64,000 nt of DNA from Candidatus Allochristensenella caecavium (lineage in GTDB: Bacteria; Bacillota; Clostridia; Christensenellales; QAND01), in contig CAJFOS010000013.1 in NCBI GenBank assembly GCA_904397865.1, positions 1 through 64,000 on the forward strand, read 5' to 3'. The translations under genes were made by a program, and so were the position numbers. Positions 47,068-56,398 of the stretch are shown one piece after another. The notes under the pieces were generated by a model. The model saw only the letters and a list, made by a program, of their open reading frames with translations. It ran no database searches and was not told the origin of the DNA. Every line of letters starts with the position of its first letter. Position 1 is the first letter of the stretch.

Positions 47068-47883
47068 TTATTTTGAGCTCTTGGCTTCATCACGATGTAT
47101 TTCATCAGCCAAAGCCGCATGCCTGGTAAAAAATGTTTTGTATCCGAGTGTGACAAACAGCACGACCGTCAGCGCCGTACAGCCCAGAATGGCCAGCATG
47201 ATACCGATTTGGTATTTAATTGCAGTGAGGGGAAACGTACCGGACAAAATTTGGCCAGTCATCATACCGGGCAAGGAAACGATGCCCATGGTAAGCATGT
47301 TGTTCATCGTGGGCAGGATGGCGCTGTCAAACGCATCGTTGACCACTTCATGCGCGGCCATCGCCGGCGTAGCGCCCAGCATCAATGAATTTTCAATCAT
47401 GGCGCGCTTGCTTCGCATTTCACTGCACAGCTTGTCGGCTCCCAATGCGATACCGGTCATGGAGTTGCCGATAATCATACCGGAGATAGGGATACAGTAC
47501 TGTGGGTCGAACCATGGCTGAATCCGCAGTACAATTAAAATGAAAACAGCGGCTGCGACCGCATAGCCGGCCATCATGGATAGGGCCATCAACCGGATAA
47601 GTGCAGGCGGCATGGCCGTTTTGACGCGTTTGTATGCGTTGTAGATGGCAAAGAACAGCATGACGGCCAGCATGAGCAACGTCAGCCACCAGCTTGGGTT
47701 TTCAAACACAAACATCAGCACATACCCCATCAGGGTCAGCTGAACGGTCATGCGCGTGGTGGCAATGAGTATCTGCCGTTCCCGGCGGATGCCGCGCCGT
47801 TTGAAAATAACCAGCAGCACCAGTACAAATATATAGGCAATGGCTAGGTTTAGCACGGGTAAATCCATCACGGCGTTATGCAT
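47068..47883 (-). CDS. fetB: Iron-export ABC permease FetB (YbbM/UPF0014 family)
   Basis: 7 TM. Family-typical 271 aa. Paired with the upstream ATPase. Confidence 0.7.
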   Translation of the reverse strand: MHNAVMDLPVLNLAIAYIFVLVLLVIFKRRGIRRERQILIATTRMTVQLTLMGYVLMFVFENPSWWLTLLMLAVMLFFAIYNAYKRVKTAMPPALIRLMALSMMAGYAVAAAVFILIVLRIQPWFDPQYCIPISGMIIGNSMTGIALGADKLCSEMRSKRAMIENSLMLGATPAMAAHEVVNDAFDSAILPTMNNMLTMGIVSLPGMMTGQILSGTFPLTAIKYQIGIMLAILGCTALTVVLFVTLGYKTFFTRHAALADEIHRDEAKSSK

Positions 47884-48619
47884 GTGCAGCCCCTCCTATC
47901 CGCCCCTTTTCAATGCGGATACACGCATCCGCATACCGCGCCGCTATCTGTTGGGAATGCGTGACCATAATCAGGTGTTTGCCGCGGCTTTGCACAAAAT
48001 GTTCCAGGCTTTGGATGATGAATTGTTCTGTCTGCGGGTCGAGTGCGGCAGAGGGCTCGTCCAGCAAATAGGTTTGGGCATCCATCAGTAAGACGCGAGC
48101 CAGGCACAGCCGTTGACGCTCCCCGCCGGAAAGGGTGTCGCAATACGCCTGCAATGGCTGCGCGAGCCCCACCTGTTCGAGCATGTAGGCCAGTGTATCT
48201 CGGGTAGCAGGCGGCTTTTGTGCAAAACGCAGGCCAATTTGTAGATTCTCTTCGATTGTGCCGCTATAGATTACAGGAGTCTGTCCCAGCATGACTACCT
48301 GGCGGCGCAGCACAATGGGGTCAATATCGTCCAACGAAACACCTTGATAATCAATCGTCCCGCTATCCGGCACATACAAACGGTTCAGGTGTCGTAAAAG
48401 CGTTGTCTTACCGCTGCCTGAGGCGCCCACGATACAGGTAACTGGGTGGGTGATGGTCAGATGGGGGATATCCAGAATCCGTTTATAAATCAAATGGTCA
48501 ATGGTAAAAACCGGAACCTGTCCCATGATGCCTCCTTGTACAATCTCTTGCATGTCCGTCATGGCGGTAAAGGCGGGCCTCATAGAAAGAGCAAAGCCTT
48601 TTCCATGCGTTATAGACAA
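47876..48619 (-). CDS. fetA: ABC transporter ATP-binding protein FetA/YbbL-like
   Basis: Walker A GASGSGKTT, LSGGERQRLCLAR, Walker B YLLDEP. No TM. Confidence 0.75.
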   Translation of the reverse strand: MSITHGKGFALSMRPAFTAMTDMQEIVQGGIMGQVPVFTIDHLIYKRILDIPHLTITHPVTCIVGASGSGKTTLLRHLNRLYVPDSGTIDYQGVSLDDIDPIVLRRQVVMLGQTPVIYSGTIEENLQIGLRFAQKPPATRDTLAYMLEQVGLAQPLQAYCDTLSGGERQRLCLARVLLMDAQTYLLDEPSAALDPQTEQFIIQSLEHFVQSRGKHLIMVTHSQQIAARYADACIRIEKGRIGGAAHA

Positions 48620-48773
48620 AGCTTATAAGATTATACCACTGAAGGCGCAATAAAAAACATGCATGCAAACAGCGGAAGTAATGCTGCACACCCCCGCAAT
48701 TGGGGAACATGACGGCATGCACAAATAAGAAACGGCCGCGCTTTTTCTGCTACAGCCGTTTTTTGTTTGAGGG

Positions 48774-49181
48774 TTATAGGATGCGATGGTTTTTTTGTTC
48801 GTATAAAATCAGCAGGCTCCTCAGATTTTGTGACACTGCCTGCGGACAATCCTGTATCAGCTGCAGGAGCAACAGAATTTCTGTTTCCTGTAGGACGGAA
48901 TGCATGGCTTGCTCTATCTGTCCAGCAGGATGCAAAAATTCTACCACCGACACGCCAAAGTAATCGCAGATGTCGCACAATCCCTGCAGAGAGGGAACGA
49001 ATAATTTAGCATACAGCTTACTGAGATAGGAGGCATCCTTGCCCATTTCCAGGCTGATTCGGCTATCGCTGTAATTTGTTTTTCCACTATACGCCTGCAG
49101 ACGCCCACAAATTAAATCAAGCAATTCTTCCAGCGCTTCACTTTTTTGCTTTTCTGAAGGACGGTTTTTCTTCTCTTGCAA
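48774..49181 (-). CDS. XRE-family helix-turn-helix transcriptional regulator
   Basis: ISLEMGKDASYLSKLYAKLFVPSLQGLCDICDYFGVSVVEFL HTH_3-like segment. Confidence 0.6.
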   Translation of the reverse strand: MQEKKNRPSEKQKSEALEELLDLICGRLQAYSGKTNYSDSRISLEMGKDASYLSKLYAKLFVPSLQGLCDICDYFGVSVVEFLHPAGQIEQAMHSVLQETEILLLLQLIQDCPQAVSQNLRSLLILYEQKNHRIL

Positions 49182-49259
49182 AATGATGCCTCCTTTCCTT
49201 TCTTAATTTCATTATAGAGAATTAGATTCAACACCAAGCGCCGCGGATTCTATAAAATC

Positions 49260-50015
49260 ATGTATTTCGCTTGTTTTTTTGAATTGCTGTCATTATTATG
49301 GTTTTATCGCCTAATTTTTTCGGGAATATCCGGCAATTTTTACGCGCGTTTCTTTATTTTTAGGATAAGGAAACCAGAAACGAAAGGAGGAGGATTTGAA
49401 ATCGGCACGAATTATCAGCCCGCTACATATGGGGAAAAGTTGTTGTTTGACCTGCGCATTTCGGCCGCGTTCAAAGGCCATGATTATTTGGCAAAAGCGA
49501 TAGATTTGTCGTTGCAGGATGTAGCGCTCCTGGAGAAAGGAGGGATATTCGAACGGGTTGCGCAGTTTTATCAGGTGGACGCGTCGTGCATTCAAACGGT
49601 CATCAAGACCGCGCTGGGTCACGCCCAAAACGGAACGCTTCTCTATACGATTATCGGGACGGATTATTCGCTGAATATCCATCCGATGAAGTTCCTGGGC
49701 AGCGTGTATTGGTATATCAACGGCGTACGGCCATTGTTACACCCTGGCGTACGAAACCGGCTGACGCCGCTCGGATACGCGGCGCTGGTGCTGCGGCACC
49801 GGGAGAATCATACCTTTGCTGAAATTGCGCAGATAAAGGGGACAACTTACAGCAATGTCTGCGCGGCTTACCGGTATGCGTTGCGAGTGGCGCGCTGCCT
49901 GCTTTTTGACCGGCAGAACAGGCCGAATCAATACCTGATGTATATGTACTGCGTGGACGAGGAGCAGATTGAAACCATTGTCGCCATGGAAAAGCGTCTG
50001 CAGGTACGGCGTTGA
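49260..50015 (+). CDS. Hypothetical regulator-like protein; start codon uncertain
   Basis: Open frame with RBS AAAGGAGGAGG at 49383 but no canonical ATG nearby (possible TTG 49438). C-terminal LVLRHRENHTFAEIAQIKGTTYSNVCAAYRYALRV resembles a sigma-70 region-4/LuxR-type HTH. Confidence 0.35.
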   Translation: MYFACFFELLSLLWFYRLIFSGISGNFYARFFIFRIRKPETKGGGFEIGTNYQPATYGEKLLFDLRISAAFKGHDYLAKAIDLSLQDVALLEKGGIFERVAQFYQVDASCIQTVIKTALGHAQNGTLLYTIIGTDYSLNIHPMKFLGSVYWYINGVRPLLHPGVRNRLTPLGYAALVLRHRENHTFAEIAQIKGTTYSNVCAAYRYALRVARCLLFDRQNRPNQYLMYMYCVDEEQIETIVAMEKRLQVRR

Positions 50016-50050
50016 AGAAGGGTCGGTCATCACGCGGGACCGTCAGGAAG

Positions 50051-50470
50051 TCACCACCGTACTTCGGATGAATACAGGGTGTAATCTCCTGCATCGGTGA
50101 AGAATAATACGCGTGCCCGATAGCGATATCCTTTGGTGGGCGATACGTATTTTTGCAGATAGACTTCACCTTTTCCACTTTGTTCGAAGGTGTTCACACC
50201 TACCCAACTCACACCGTTATACCGTTCCAAAACCGCATAAATACGGGCATTGGTAGAATCGTTGTTGGCAACGGCAGAAGCGTAGAGTTTCATCTGCTTG
50301 CTGTCGTATTTGGTCAGGCTGCATGCGACTTGCACAGCAGCGCGGGGCTGTACGTCTTGCGTGACTATGTGTTCCGTGCTCGGAACAGCGCTGGCAGGCG
50401 CGGCATATGCTGGGACGCACCCCAGCAGCACAAGCGCGGCACACAGGGCGCCAATTAACTGTCTTTTCAT
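50051..50470 (-). CDS. Small secreted protein of unknown function
   Basis: Signal peptide MKRQLIGALCAALVLLGCVPAYAAPASA after RBS AAAGGAGAAAG. Beta-rich, no recognisable domain. Confidence 0.55.
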   Translation of the reverse strand: MKRQLIGALCAALVLLGCVPAYAAPASAVPSTEHIVTQDVQPRAAVQVACSLTKYDSKQMKLYASAVANNDSTNARIYAVLERYNGVSWVGVNTFEQSGKGEVYLQKYVSPTKGYRYRARVLFFTDAGDYTLYSSEVRW

Positions 50471-50561
50471 TTCTTTCTCCTTTGATTGGGTTATCCGTGA
50501 TGACCGATCAATTAATAAGTCCGGCCAAAATACCAAAACCGGACAAAAAAGGAGAGATAAA

Positions 50562-51071
50562 ATGAAAACATTTGAAGACCTATGGCTGGCCCACAAACAA
50601 AATCTGTATCAATACTTACTTGTTTGTGCCCGCCAACGTACCGATGCGGACGATTTGCTGCAAACCGTTGCATGCAGAGCGGGTAAATCGTTTGACAAGT
50701 TGCGCAACCCCGAGCGTTTCACCGCCTGGTTGATGCGCATCGCACGCCGCGTAGTAGCGGATTATTACACAGAACTAAATAAGTTGCCGTATTATGAAGC
50801 CAATCCGAATAAGTTAACCACACTTACGCAGATGACTGGTTGTTATGTACGGGATTTCTCCGATGACGTTTTGATGACTGCCGTCGTCACCGATTTTATT
50901 CTCAGTTTGGATGAACCATGGGCGTCCGCATACTATCTGTATTTCTTTATGGGCATTCCCATTCGGGAATTGAGCACGATGGTCAATAAGACGCAAGTGG
51001 CTACATACAAACACATCTATCGGCTGACGCAGGAATTGAAAAAGCGGCTCAAAGGAGGAAATGAACATTGA
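50562..51071 (+). CDS. ECF-subfamily RNA polymerase sigma factor
   Basis: Region 2 (DADDLLQTVACRA...FTAWLMRIARRVVADYY) and region 4 HTH (IPIRELSTMVNKTQVATYKHIYRLTQELKKRL). RBS AAAAGGAGAGA. The track ORF at 50298 starts too early. Confidence 0.75.
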   Translation: MKTFEDLWLAHKQNLYQYLLVCARQRTDADDLLQTVACRAGKSFDKLRNPERFTAWLMRIARRVVADYYTELNKLPYYEANPNKLTTLTQMTGCYVRDFSDDVLMTAVVTDFILSLDEPWASAYYLYFFMGIPIRELSTMVNKTQVATYKHIYRLTQELKKRLKGGNEH

Positions 51072-51681
51072 ATACCTGGAAAAAAATCCGTACAGAAAAC
51101 CGAAAAAAATGGAAACACAACGAGGGTTTTTACACGTTTCAATTTCCGATGAAAAGATGAAGGCATGTTTGACACAGGCACCGCAAACGCAAACGTCCCG
51201 GCGCGTGCGGAGACGGCCGGTGGTGGCAGCGATATGCACGCTGGGGCTTGTGCTGGCCATGGTCTGTACGCCTTTGGGCAGTTACGCCACGCAGCTTCTG
51301 TTTCAGCCCGTTTCTACACAAAAACCGACGGAACAGATTCACCCCCATTATGGATTCCAGCAAGAGGCGCCCCTTACATGTCTGAGTGAAAAGACGCTGG
51401 ATGGAGTTATCACGCGCGTCTATCAGTACAGGGATTTTCACGTGCGACTGACAGAGGACCACAATCAGATGGATGCTTCTGCCCAGATTCAGGACAAAAC
51501 GGACGGGACGTTTTTTACAGCAGAGCTATGCGGGACACAGGCACAGTGTTATCAGGATGCAGACGGTGCAATCGCTTTTATCAGCGATGTTTCATTACCT
51601 TGTACATTACGAATCGCTGTTTCAGGCGCCATTGCGCGCGAAGACTTTCTCTTTCTGCTTTCGCAGATTCAACGCCTATAA
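51061..51681 (+). CDS. Putative anti-sigma factor (single-pass membrane protein)
   Basis: Start overlaps the sigma gene stop. Short cytoplasmic N-terminus, one TM (VVAAICTLGLVLAMVCTPL), extracytoplasmic C-domain. Confidence 0.5.
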   Translation: MNIEYLEKNPYRKPKKMETQRGFLHVSISDEKMKACLTQAPQTQTSRRVRRRPVVAAICTLGLVLAMVCTPLGSYATQLLFQPVSTQKPTEQIHPHYGFQQEAPLTCLSEKTLDGVITRVYQYRDFHVRLTEDHNQMDASAQIQDKTDGTFFTAELCGTQAQCYQDADGAIAFISDVSLPCTLRIAVSGAIAREDFLFLLSQIQRL

Positions 51682-51689
51682 CGTCCTAT

Positions 51690-51718
51690 AAAAAGGAAGG
51701 GAATTTCCCTTCCTTTTT
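51690..51718 (+). terminator. Rho-independent terminator
   Basis: aaaaaggaagggaatttcccttccttttt. Confidence 0.7.
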
Positions 51719-52090
51719 ATGTATGTTCATTTTTGGATAGAAGATAAAAGAAGACAGACAGGCTATCCAATGCACGCAAACGCCGGAGAAAACTTTGAAA
51801 AACAGCTTAAATGGGGATTTATCCATAAAAAAGAGGTCAAATTGGACTCATCTGATTTTTGAGTTCCAAATTTTGGCCTCTATTGACGTGGGCTTACATT
51901 ACAAAGAGACATTCGACCAAAAACATGCGTGAACAGGCAAAATAAAAAACTGAGCTTGGAACGCGATTTACATCCAGGTTCAGTCCTGTGGGTTTGCGCT
52001 ACAAAAAGAGATACCGTTATAAAAGCGAGCACAAAGCCATAGATAAAAAATAGAGCCCCGCACGCGAATTGCGTGCCGAGGCTCGCGGCT

Positions 52091-52166
52091 GGCGTCCCCG
52101 GCGCGATTCGAACGCGCGGCCTTTCGCTTAGGAGGCGAACGCTCTATCCGACTGAGCTACGGAGAC
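52091..52166 (-). tRNA. tRNA-Arg (anticodon CCU), CCA encoded
   Basis: Reverse complement GTCTCCGTAGCTCAGTCGGATAGAGCGTTCGCCTCCTAAGCGAAAGGCCGCGCGTTCGAATCGCGCCGGGGACGCCA. 7-bp acceptor stem, D-loop AGTCGGATA, anticodon loop CUCCUAA, T-loop GTTCGAATC. Confidence 0.85.
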
Positions 52167-52585
52167 ACATGATGCAGAACACTTCTGCATCCCACTTGTT
52201 ACACATTGCTCATTGTAAGGCGGGGACATTTTATTTGTCAACCAGGGATTGCCGCTGCCTGCTGTGCATAGGATGAAGGGGAGGTGGACCAGATATGCGG
52301 ATGCCTTATGGATGCCCCAGGGGGATGTGGGTACAGATGAACAAAGGAGAGAGTTTGCTGGCGTTTTCCCTGCGTTGCCGGCTGACTGTCTACACGTTAT
52401 TACGATGGAATCAGGCTGTATACCTGCCGGATATTTGCCCGGGCATGGTCTGGTTAATCCCTGCCGGGCGAAGCGGAAGAGAAAGGTGAAACGGCTGGCT
52501 ATACCCGCTTGTCAGAGGGGGGACAAGCCATTACAATAAAATGGGTGTAAGGAGATACAACTAGGCAAAAAGGGGAGGAAATTCT

Positions 52586-53521
52586 ATGGCAAAGCCAACG
52601 GCCGCACAGATTGCAGAAGTCAAAGCAAAAGGTTTTTTACACAATCGTGGAACGGAATGCTTTTCCGGCCGCGCGATTACGGAAAATGGCGTACTGACGG
52701 CAGCCCAACTGAAAAATTTAGCGGAATGTGCAGAAAAATATGGAAATGGGACGGTGACCTTCACCACGCGATTGACGGTGGAGATGCCCGGCATTCATTT
52801 CGATGATATCCCGGCTGTGCAGGCGCACGTTGCGCAGGAAGGGATGATAACGGGAGGAACGGGCGCAAAAGTGCGTCCGGTCGTAGCTTGCAAGGGGACC
52901 ACATGCGTCTACGGGAATTTTGATACGCAGGCGTTGGCTAAGGAAATCCACGACCGGTACTTTATGGGATGGAGCGAGGTGCGGCTGCCACATAAATTCA
53001 AGATTGCGGTTGGGGGATGTCCGAATAGCTGCTTGAAGCCAAGTTTGAATGACTTTGGGATTGAAGGACACAGCCATCTGATGGTGGATATGGCAAAATG
53101 CCGGCATTGCAAACGATGTTTGGTAGCGGAGCGATGCCCGATGAAGGCCGTGCAGGTGGTTGACGGCGCGCCCGTGCGCGATGAAAAGTTATGCACGACC
53201 TGCGGCGTTTGTACGCGGACGTGCCCGTTTGGCGCTTACAGCAGCCAGGGCGATGCGCTGTATCGGATTTTTGTCGGAGGGACATGGGGCAAAAAGACGC
53301 GTATGGGGACGGCGCTATCCCGCCTGGTGACACGGGAGGAGATTTTTCCGCTGCTGGAAAAGACCATGTTGTGGTTCAAGGAGAATGCGTATCAGAAGGA
53401 ACGTCTGGGTGCGGCGATTGACCGCGTAGGTGTGGACAAGCTGGAAGCCGCGCTGTTTGCGGATGACCTTATGAAAAGAAAAGAAGAAATCTTGGCAGCA
53501 CCGATTTTACAACGGGGGTAA
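52586..53521 (+). CDS. Nitrite/sulfite-reductase-family protein with siroheme/4Fe-4S motif and 2x[4Fe-4S] ferredoxin insert (AsrC-like small sulfite reductase)
   Basis: KIAVGGCPNSC siroheme-[4Fe-4S] Cys motif. CRHCKRCLVAERCP and CTTCGVCTRTCP ferredoxin motifs. RBS AAAGGGGAGGAA. Confidence 0.6.
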   Translation: MAKPTAAQIAEVKAKGFLHNRGTECFSGRAITENGVLTAAQLKNLAECAEKYGNGTVTFTTRLTVEMPGIHFDDIPAVQAHVAQEGMITGGTGAKVRPVVACKGTTCVYGNFDTQALAKEIHDRYFMGWSEVRLPHKFKIAVGGCPNSCLKPSLNDFGIEGHSHLMVDMAKCRHCKRCLVAERCPMKAVQVVDGAPVRDEKLCTTCGVCTRTCPFGAYSSQGDALYRIFVGGTWGKKTRMGTALSRLVTREEIFPLLEKTMLWFKENAYQKERLGAAIDRVGVDKLEAALFADDLMKRKEEILAAPILQRG

Positions 53522-53523
53522 AA

Positions 53524-54447
53524 ATGCAGAAAAAGAGACGGTGGATGGGCGGATGTTTGGCCTGTCTGCTATTATTGGCAGGCTGTAGCGCGCAGCTGGA
53601 GAAGCCGCAAGCGGAGGGCGTTTCCTTTACCGACGCCAATGGCAATGCGGTAACGGTAGCCTCGCATGACCGTGTTGTATCGCTGTATGGCTCATTTGCG
53701 CAGACATGGATGTTGGCAGGCGGGACGCTGGTTGGAACAACTTCGGATGCGATTGAGGAAAGGAAGCTGGATTTGGGCGAGGGCGTGCAAAATATTGGCA
53801 CGGTCAAACAACCCAACTTGGAGGCTGTGTTTGCCCTGGAACCGGACTTTGTCATCCTCAGCGCGGATATTGAAGCGCAGGCAAAATTGGACGCACCGCT
53901 TACACAGGCGGGAATTGCCCATGCCTATTTCCGAGAGGATTCACTGGAAGAATACTTATCCATGCTACAGCTGTTCTGTTCGATGACCGGCCGGGCAGAT
54001 TGCTATCAGCAATATGGAGCGGAGGTAGAGCAGCAGATTGAGCAGGTGGTGGCATCGGTACAGGGAAAACCGGCGCCCACAGTATTGTTGTTACGTGCGT
54101 ACTCATCGGGCGTAAAAGCTAAAACGGATGATAATTTAGCAGGTGTTATCCTCAAAGACCTGGGGTGTGATAACATCGCCGACCGGGTGCCGTCGCTTTT
54201 GGAAGAATTGAGCCTGGAAGCCATTGTCGCAGAGGACCCGGATTTTATCTTTGTCACAACCATGGGGGATGAACAGAAGGCATTGGACGCGCTGGAGGCC
54301 AATATGCAGACGCAGCCCGCATGGCAGGGGCTAACGGCGGTCAAAGAAGGTCGTTATGTAGTTCTGCCAAAAGATTTATTCCACTATAAACCCAATAACC
54401 GCTGGGGAGAAAGTTATGCGTATCTGGCCGATATCCTCTATCCATAA
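53524..54447 (+). CDS. ABC transporter substrate-binding lipoprotein, class III (Fe-siderophore/cobalamin/heme-type, BtuF/FecB-like)
   Basis: Lipobox LLLAGCSA. PBP fold with V(V)SLYGSFAQTWML...DFVILSADI layout. Confidence 0.7.
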   Translation: MQKKRRWMGGCLACLLLLAGCSAQLEKPQAEGVSFTDANGNAVTVASHDRVVSLYGSFAQTWMLAGGTLVGTTSDAIEERKLDLGEGVQNIGTVKQPNLEAVFALEPDFVILSADIEAQAKLDAPLTQAGIAHAYFREDSLEEYLSMLQLFCSMTGRADCYQQYGAEVEQQIEQVVASVQGKPAPTVLLLRAYSSGVKAKTDDNLAGVILKDLGCDNIADRVPSLLEELSLEAIVAEDPDFIFVTTMGDEQKALDALEANMQTQPAWQGLTAVKEGRYVVLPKDLFHYKPNNRWGESYAYLADILYP

Positions 54448-55462
54448 ACATCCTTCGAGAAAAACGACAGCCGTCCGCAACCGCGGATGGCTCTTTGCTG
54501 TGCCAGTGGCGCTAGCGGCTGTAGGGATAGTGAGCGTATGCGTGGGCGCTTCGGGCGTGTCCATCGGCCAAAGCCTGCATGCGCTTTTACAGGGTGATAC
54601 GCAGAGCGTGGCGTATCGGGTGCTGATGTATATTCGTCTGCCGCGGCTGTTAGGGGCGGTGCTGGCTGGCGCTGCACTTGCGGCTAGCGGCACGCTGATT
54701 CAGGCCGTGTTGCACAATCCGCTGGCGGGGCCCAACGTTATTGGCGTAAACGCAGGCGCAGGCTTTTTCGCCCTGTTGGGGATTTTATGCTTTCCTGGCG
54801 TGCAGGCAGCTGTACCAACGCTTGCGTTTATCGGCGCGTTGTTTACCTGCTTGCTGATTTATGGAATTGCACAGCGAACCGGCGCTTCCCGTTTAACGCT
54901 GGTGCTCGCCGGCATTGCAATCAGTGGGATTCTGGGTGCGGGCATCGATACCATTACTACGCTGGATGCAGATGTGCTTTTGCAGTATCAAAGTTTCCGC
55001 ATCGGCGGATTTTCCGGGCTCTCCTTTTCCATGTTGCAACCGGCTGTCTGGTATATTGGATTGGGGTTGATAGCTGCACTTTGCTGCGGAGCAGATATGA
55101 ACGTACTGATGCTGGGGGAACAGACGGCGGCCAGTTTGGGGTTGCACGTGCGCCGGATACGGTTTTTGCTTTTGACAACGGCGGCGGTATTGGCCGGCAG
55201 CGCGGTTAGTTTTGCTGGACTGCTGGGTTTTGTAGGGTTGATTGTACCGCATATCTGCCGACAGATTTGGGGCGAGGACCACCGCATCCTATTGCCGGCG
55301 TCCATGGGTGTGGGTGCGCTGTTTGTACTGCTGTGCGATTTGCTTAGCCGCGTTTTATTTATTCCGTATGAAATACCGGTGGGTATTCTGATGTCGTTGA
55401 TTGGTGGCCCATTTTTCCTCTGGTTACTTTTTCGGTATAGAAGGGGGCGTGCGCATGATTGA
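54416..55462 (+). CDS. FecCD-family ABC permease
   Basis: MYIRLPRLLGAVLAGAALAASGTLIQAVLHNPLAGPNVIGV signature. 9-10 TM. Confidence 0.8.
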   Translation: MRIWPISSIHKHPSRKTTAVRNRGWLFAVPVALAAVGIVSVCVGASGVSIGQSLHALLQGDTQSVAYRVLMYIRLPRLLGAVLAGAALAASGTLIQAVLHNPLAGPNVIGVNAGAGFFALLGILCFPGVQAAVPTLAFIGALFTCLLIYGIAQRTGASRLTLVLAGIAISGILGAGIDTITTLDADVLLQYQSFRIGGFSGLSFSMLQPAVWYIGLGLIAALCCGADMNVLMLGEQTAASLGLHVRRIRFLLLTTAAVLAGSAVSFAGLLGFVGLIVPHICRQIWGEDHRILLPASMGVGALFVLLCDLLSRVLFIPYEIPVGILMSLIGGPFFLWLLFRYRRGRAHD

Positions 55463-56225
55463 AGTTTGCCAGCTGTGCGCCGGCTATGCAGACCGCACGG
55501 TGTTAAAGCAGCTTTCCTTTACGATTGAGCCGGGCGAATGGGTGACGATTGTGGGGCGCAATGGAAGCGGCAAGTCCACCCTGCTGCGTTCGATGGCCCG
55601 GCTGTTGCCGCCTTTGCAGGGAGATATTCGCCTGCAAGGGAAACCCCTGGTTGATTACGGCCGTAAAGAGCTGGCGCGCACCGTCTCGGTTTTACCGCAA
55701 AGCCGTGATGTACCATCCATCAGTGTGGAGGGTCTTGTCAGCCATGGCCGATTTCCCTATCTGGGTTTATCACGCAGATTAACGGAAGAGGATGAACAAA
55801 AGATTGAGTATGCGCTCTGTTGCACCGGTGCGCAGGCATACCGGCATAGGCTGCTGCAGGAACTATCCGGCGGAGAGCGGCAGAAAGCGTATCTGGCAAT
55901 GACCATTGCCCAGGATGCGCCCGTTCTTTTTCTGGATGAACCGACGACCTATTTGGACATTGCAACACAATTTGAACTGCTTGCATTGATTGACCGCTTG
56001 CATAAAAAGGGGAAGACTATTGTCATGGTGCTGCACGATTTACAGCAGGCGCTGGCTGTCAGCCAACGTATGTTGCTTTTGGAACAGGGACGGCTGGTGC
56101 AGTTTGCACCGCCGGAAGAGATGATACGGAGCGGCGCGCTGCAGGAGTGCTTTTCGATACGGATTGAATCAGTTCGAAGCAAAAGCGGATGCACGCACTA
56201 CTGTTTTGAACCAAAAGACCGGTGA
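55455..56225 (+). CDS. ABC transporter ATP-binding protein (FecE/BtuD-like)
   Basis: Walker A GRNGSGKST, LSGGERQKAYLAM, Walker B LFLDEPT. Start MIEVCQL overlaps the permease gene end. Confidence 0.8.
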   Translation: MIEVCQLCAGYADRTVLKQLSFTIEPGEWVTIVGRNGSGKSTLLRSMARLLPPLQGDIRLQGKPLVDYGRKELARTVSVLPQSRDVPSISVEGLVSHGRFPYLGLSRRLTEEDEQKIEYALCCTGAQAYRHRLLQELSGGERQKAYLAMTIAQDAPVLFLDEPTTYLDIATQFELLALIDRLHKKGKTIVMVLHDLQQALAVSQRMLLLEQGRLVQFAPPEEMIRSGALQECFSIRIESVRSKSGCTHYCFEPKDR

Positions 56226-56398
56226 GTTTCACCGGTTTTTTGGTATACACCGACAGGACGATTATTAAAAAATATTTTGCGGAACAATAATCTTAAAAAA
56301 TGAGAATGAGATAAACAACGCAATAAGCCCTTCGGCGGGGGACGGGCCCAAACATCCTTTTACAGAAGGATGCATATACATGGGGCAGGTGATGCTTC

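Noticed and set aside
52249-52539. Short plus-strand ORFs (96 aa, 64 aa, 67 aa) beside the tRNA
   Set aside because: They overlap the tRNA promoter region. No RBS, Arg/Pro-rich GC artefacts.
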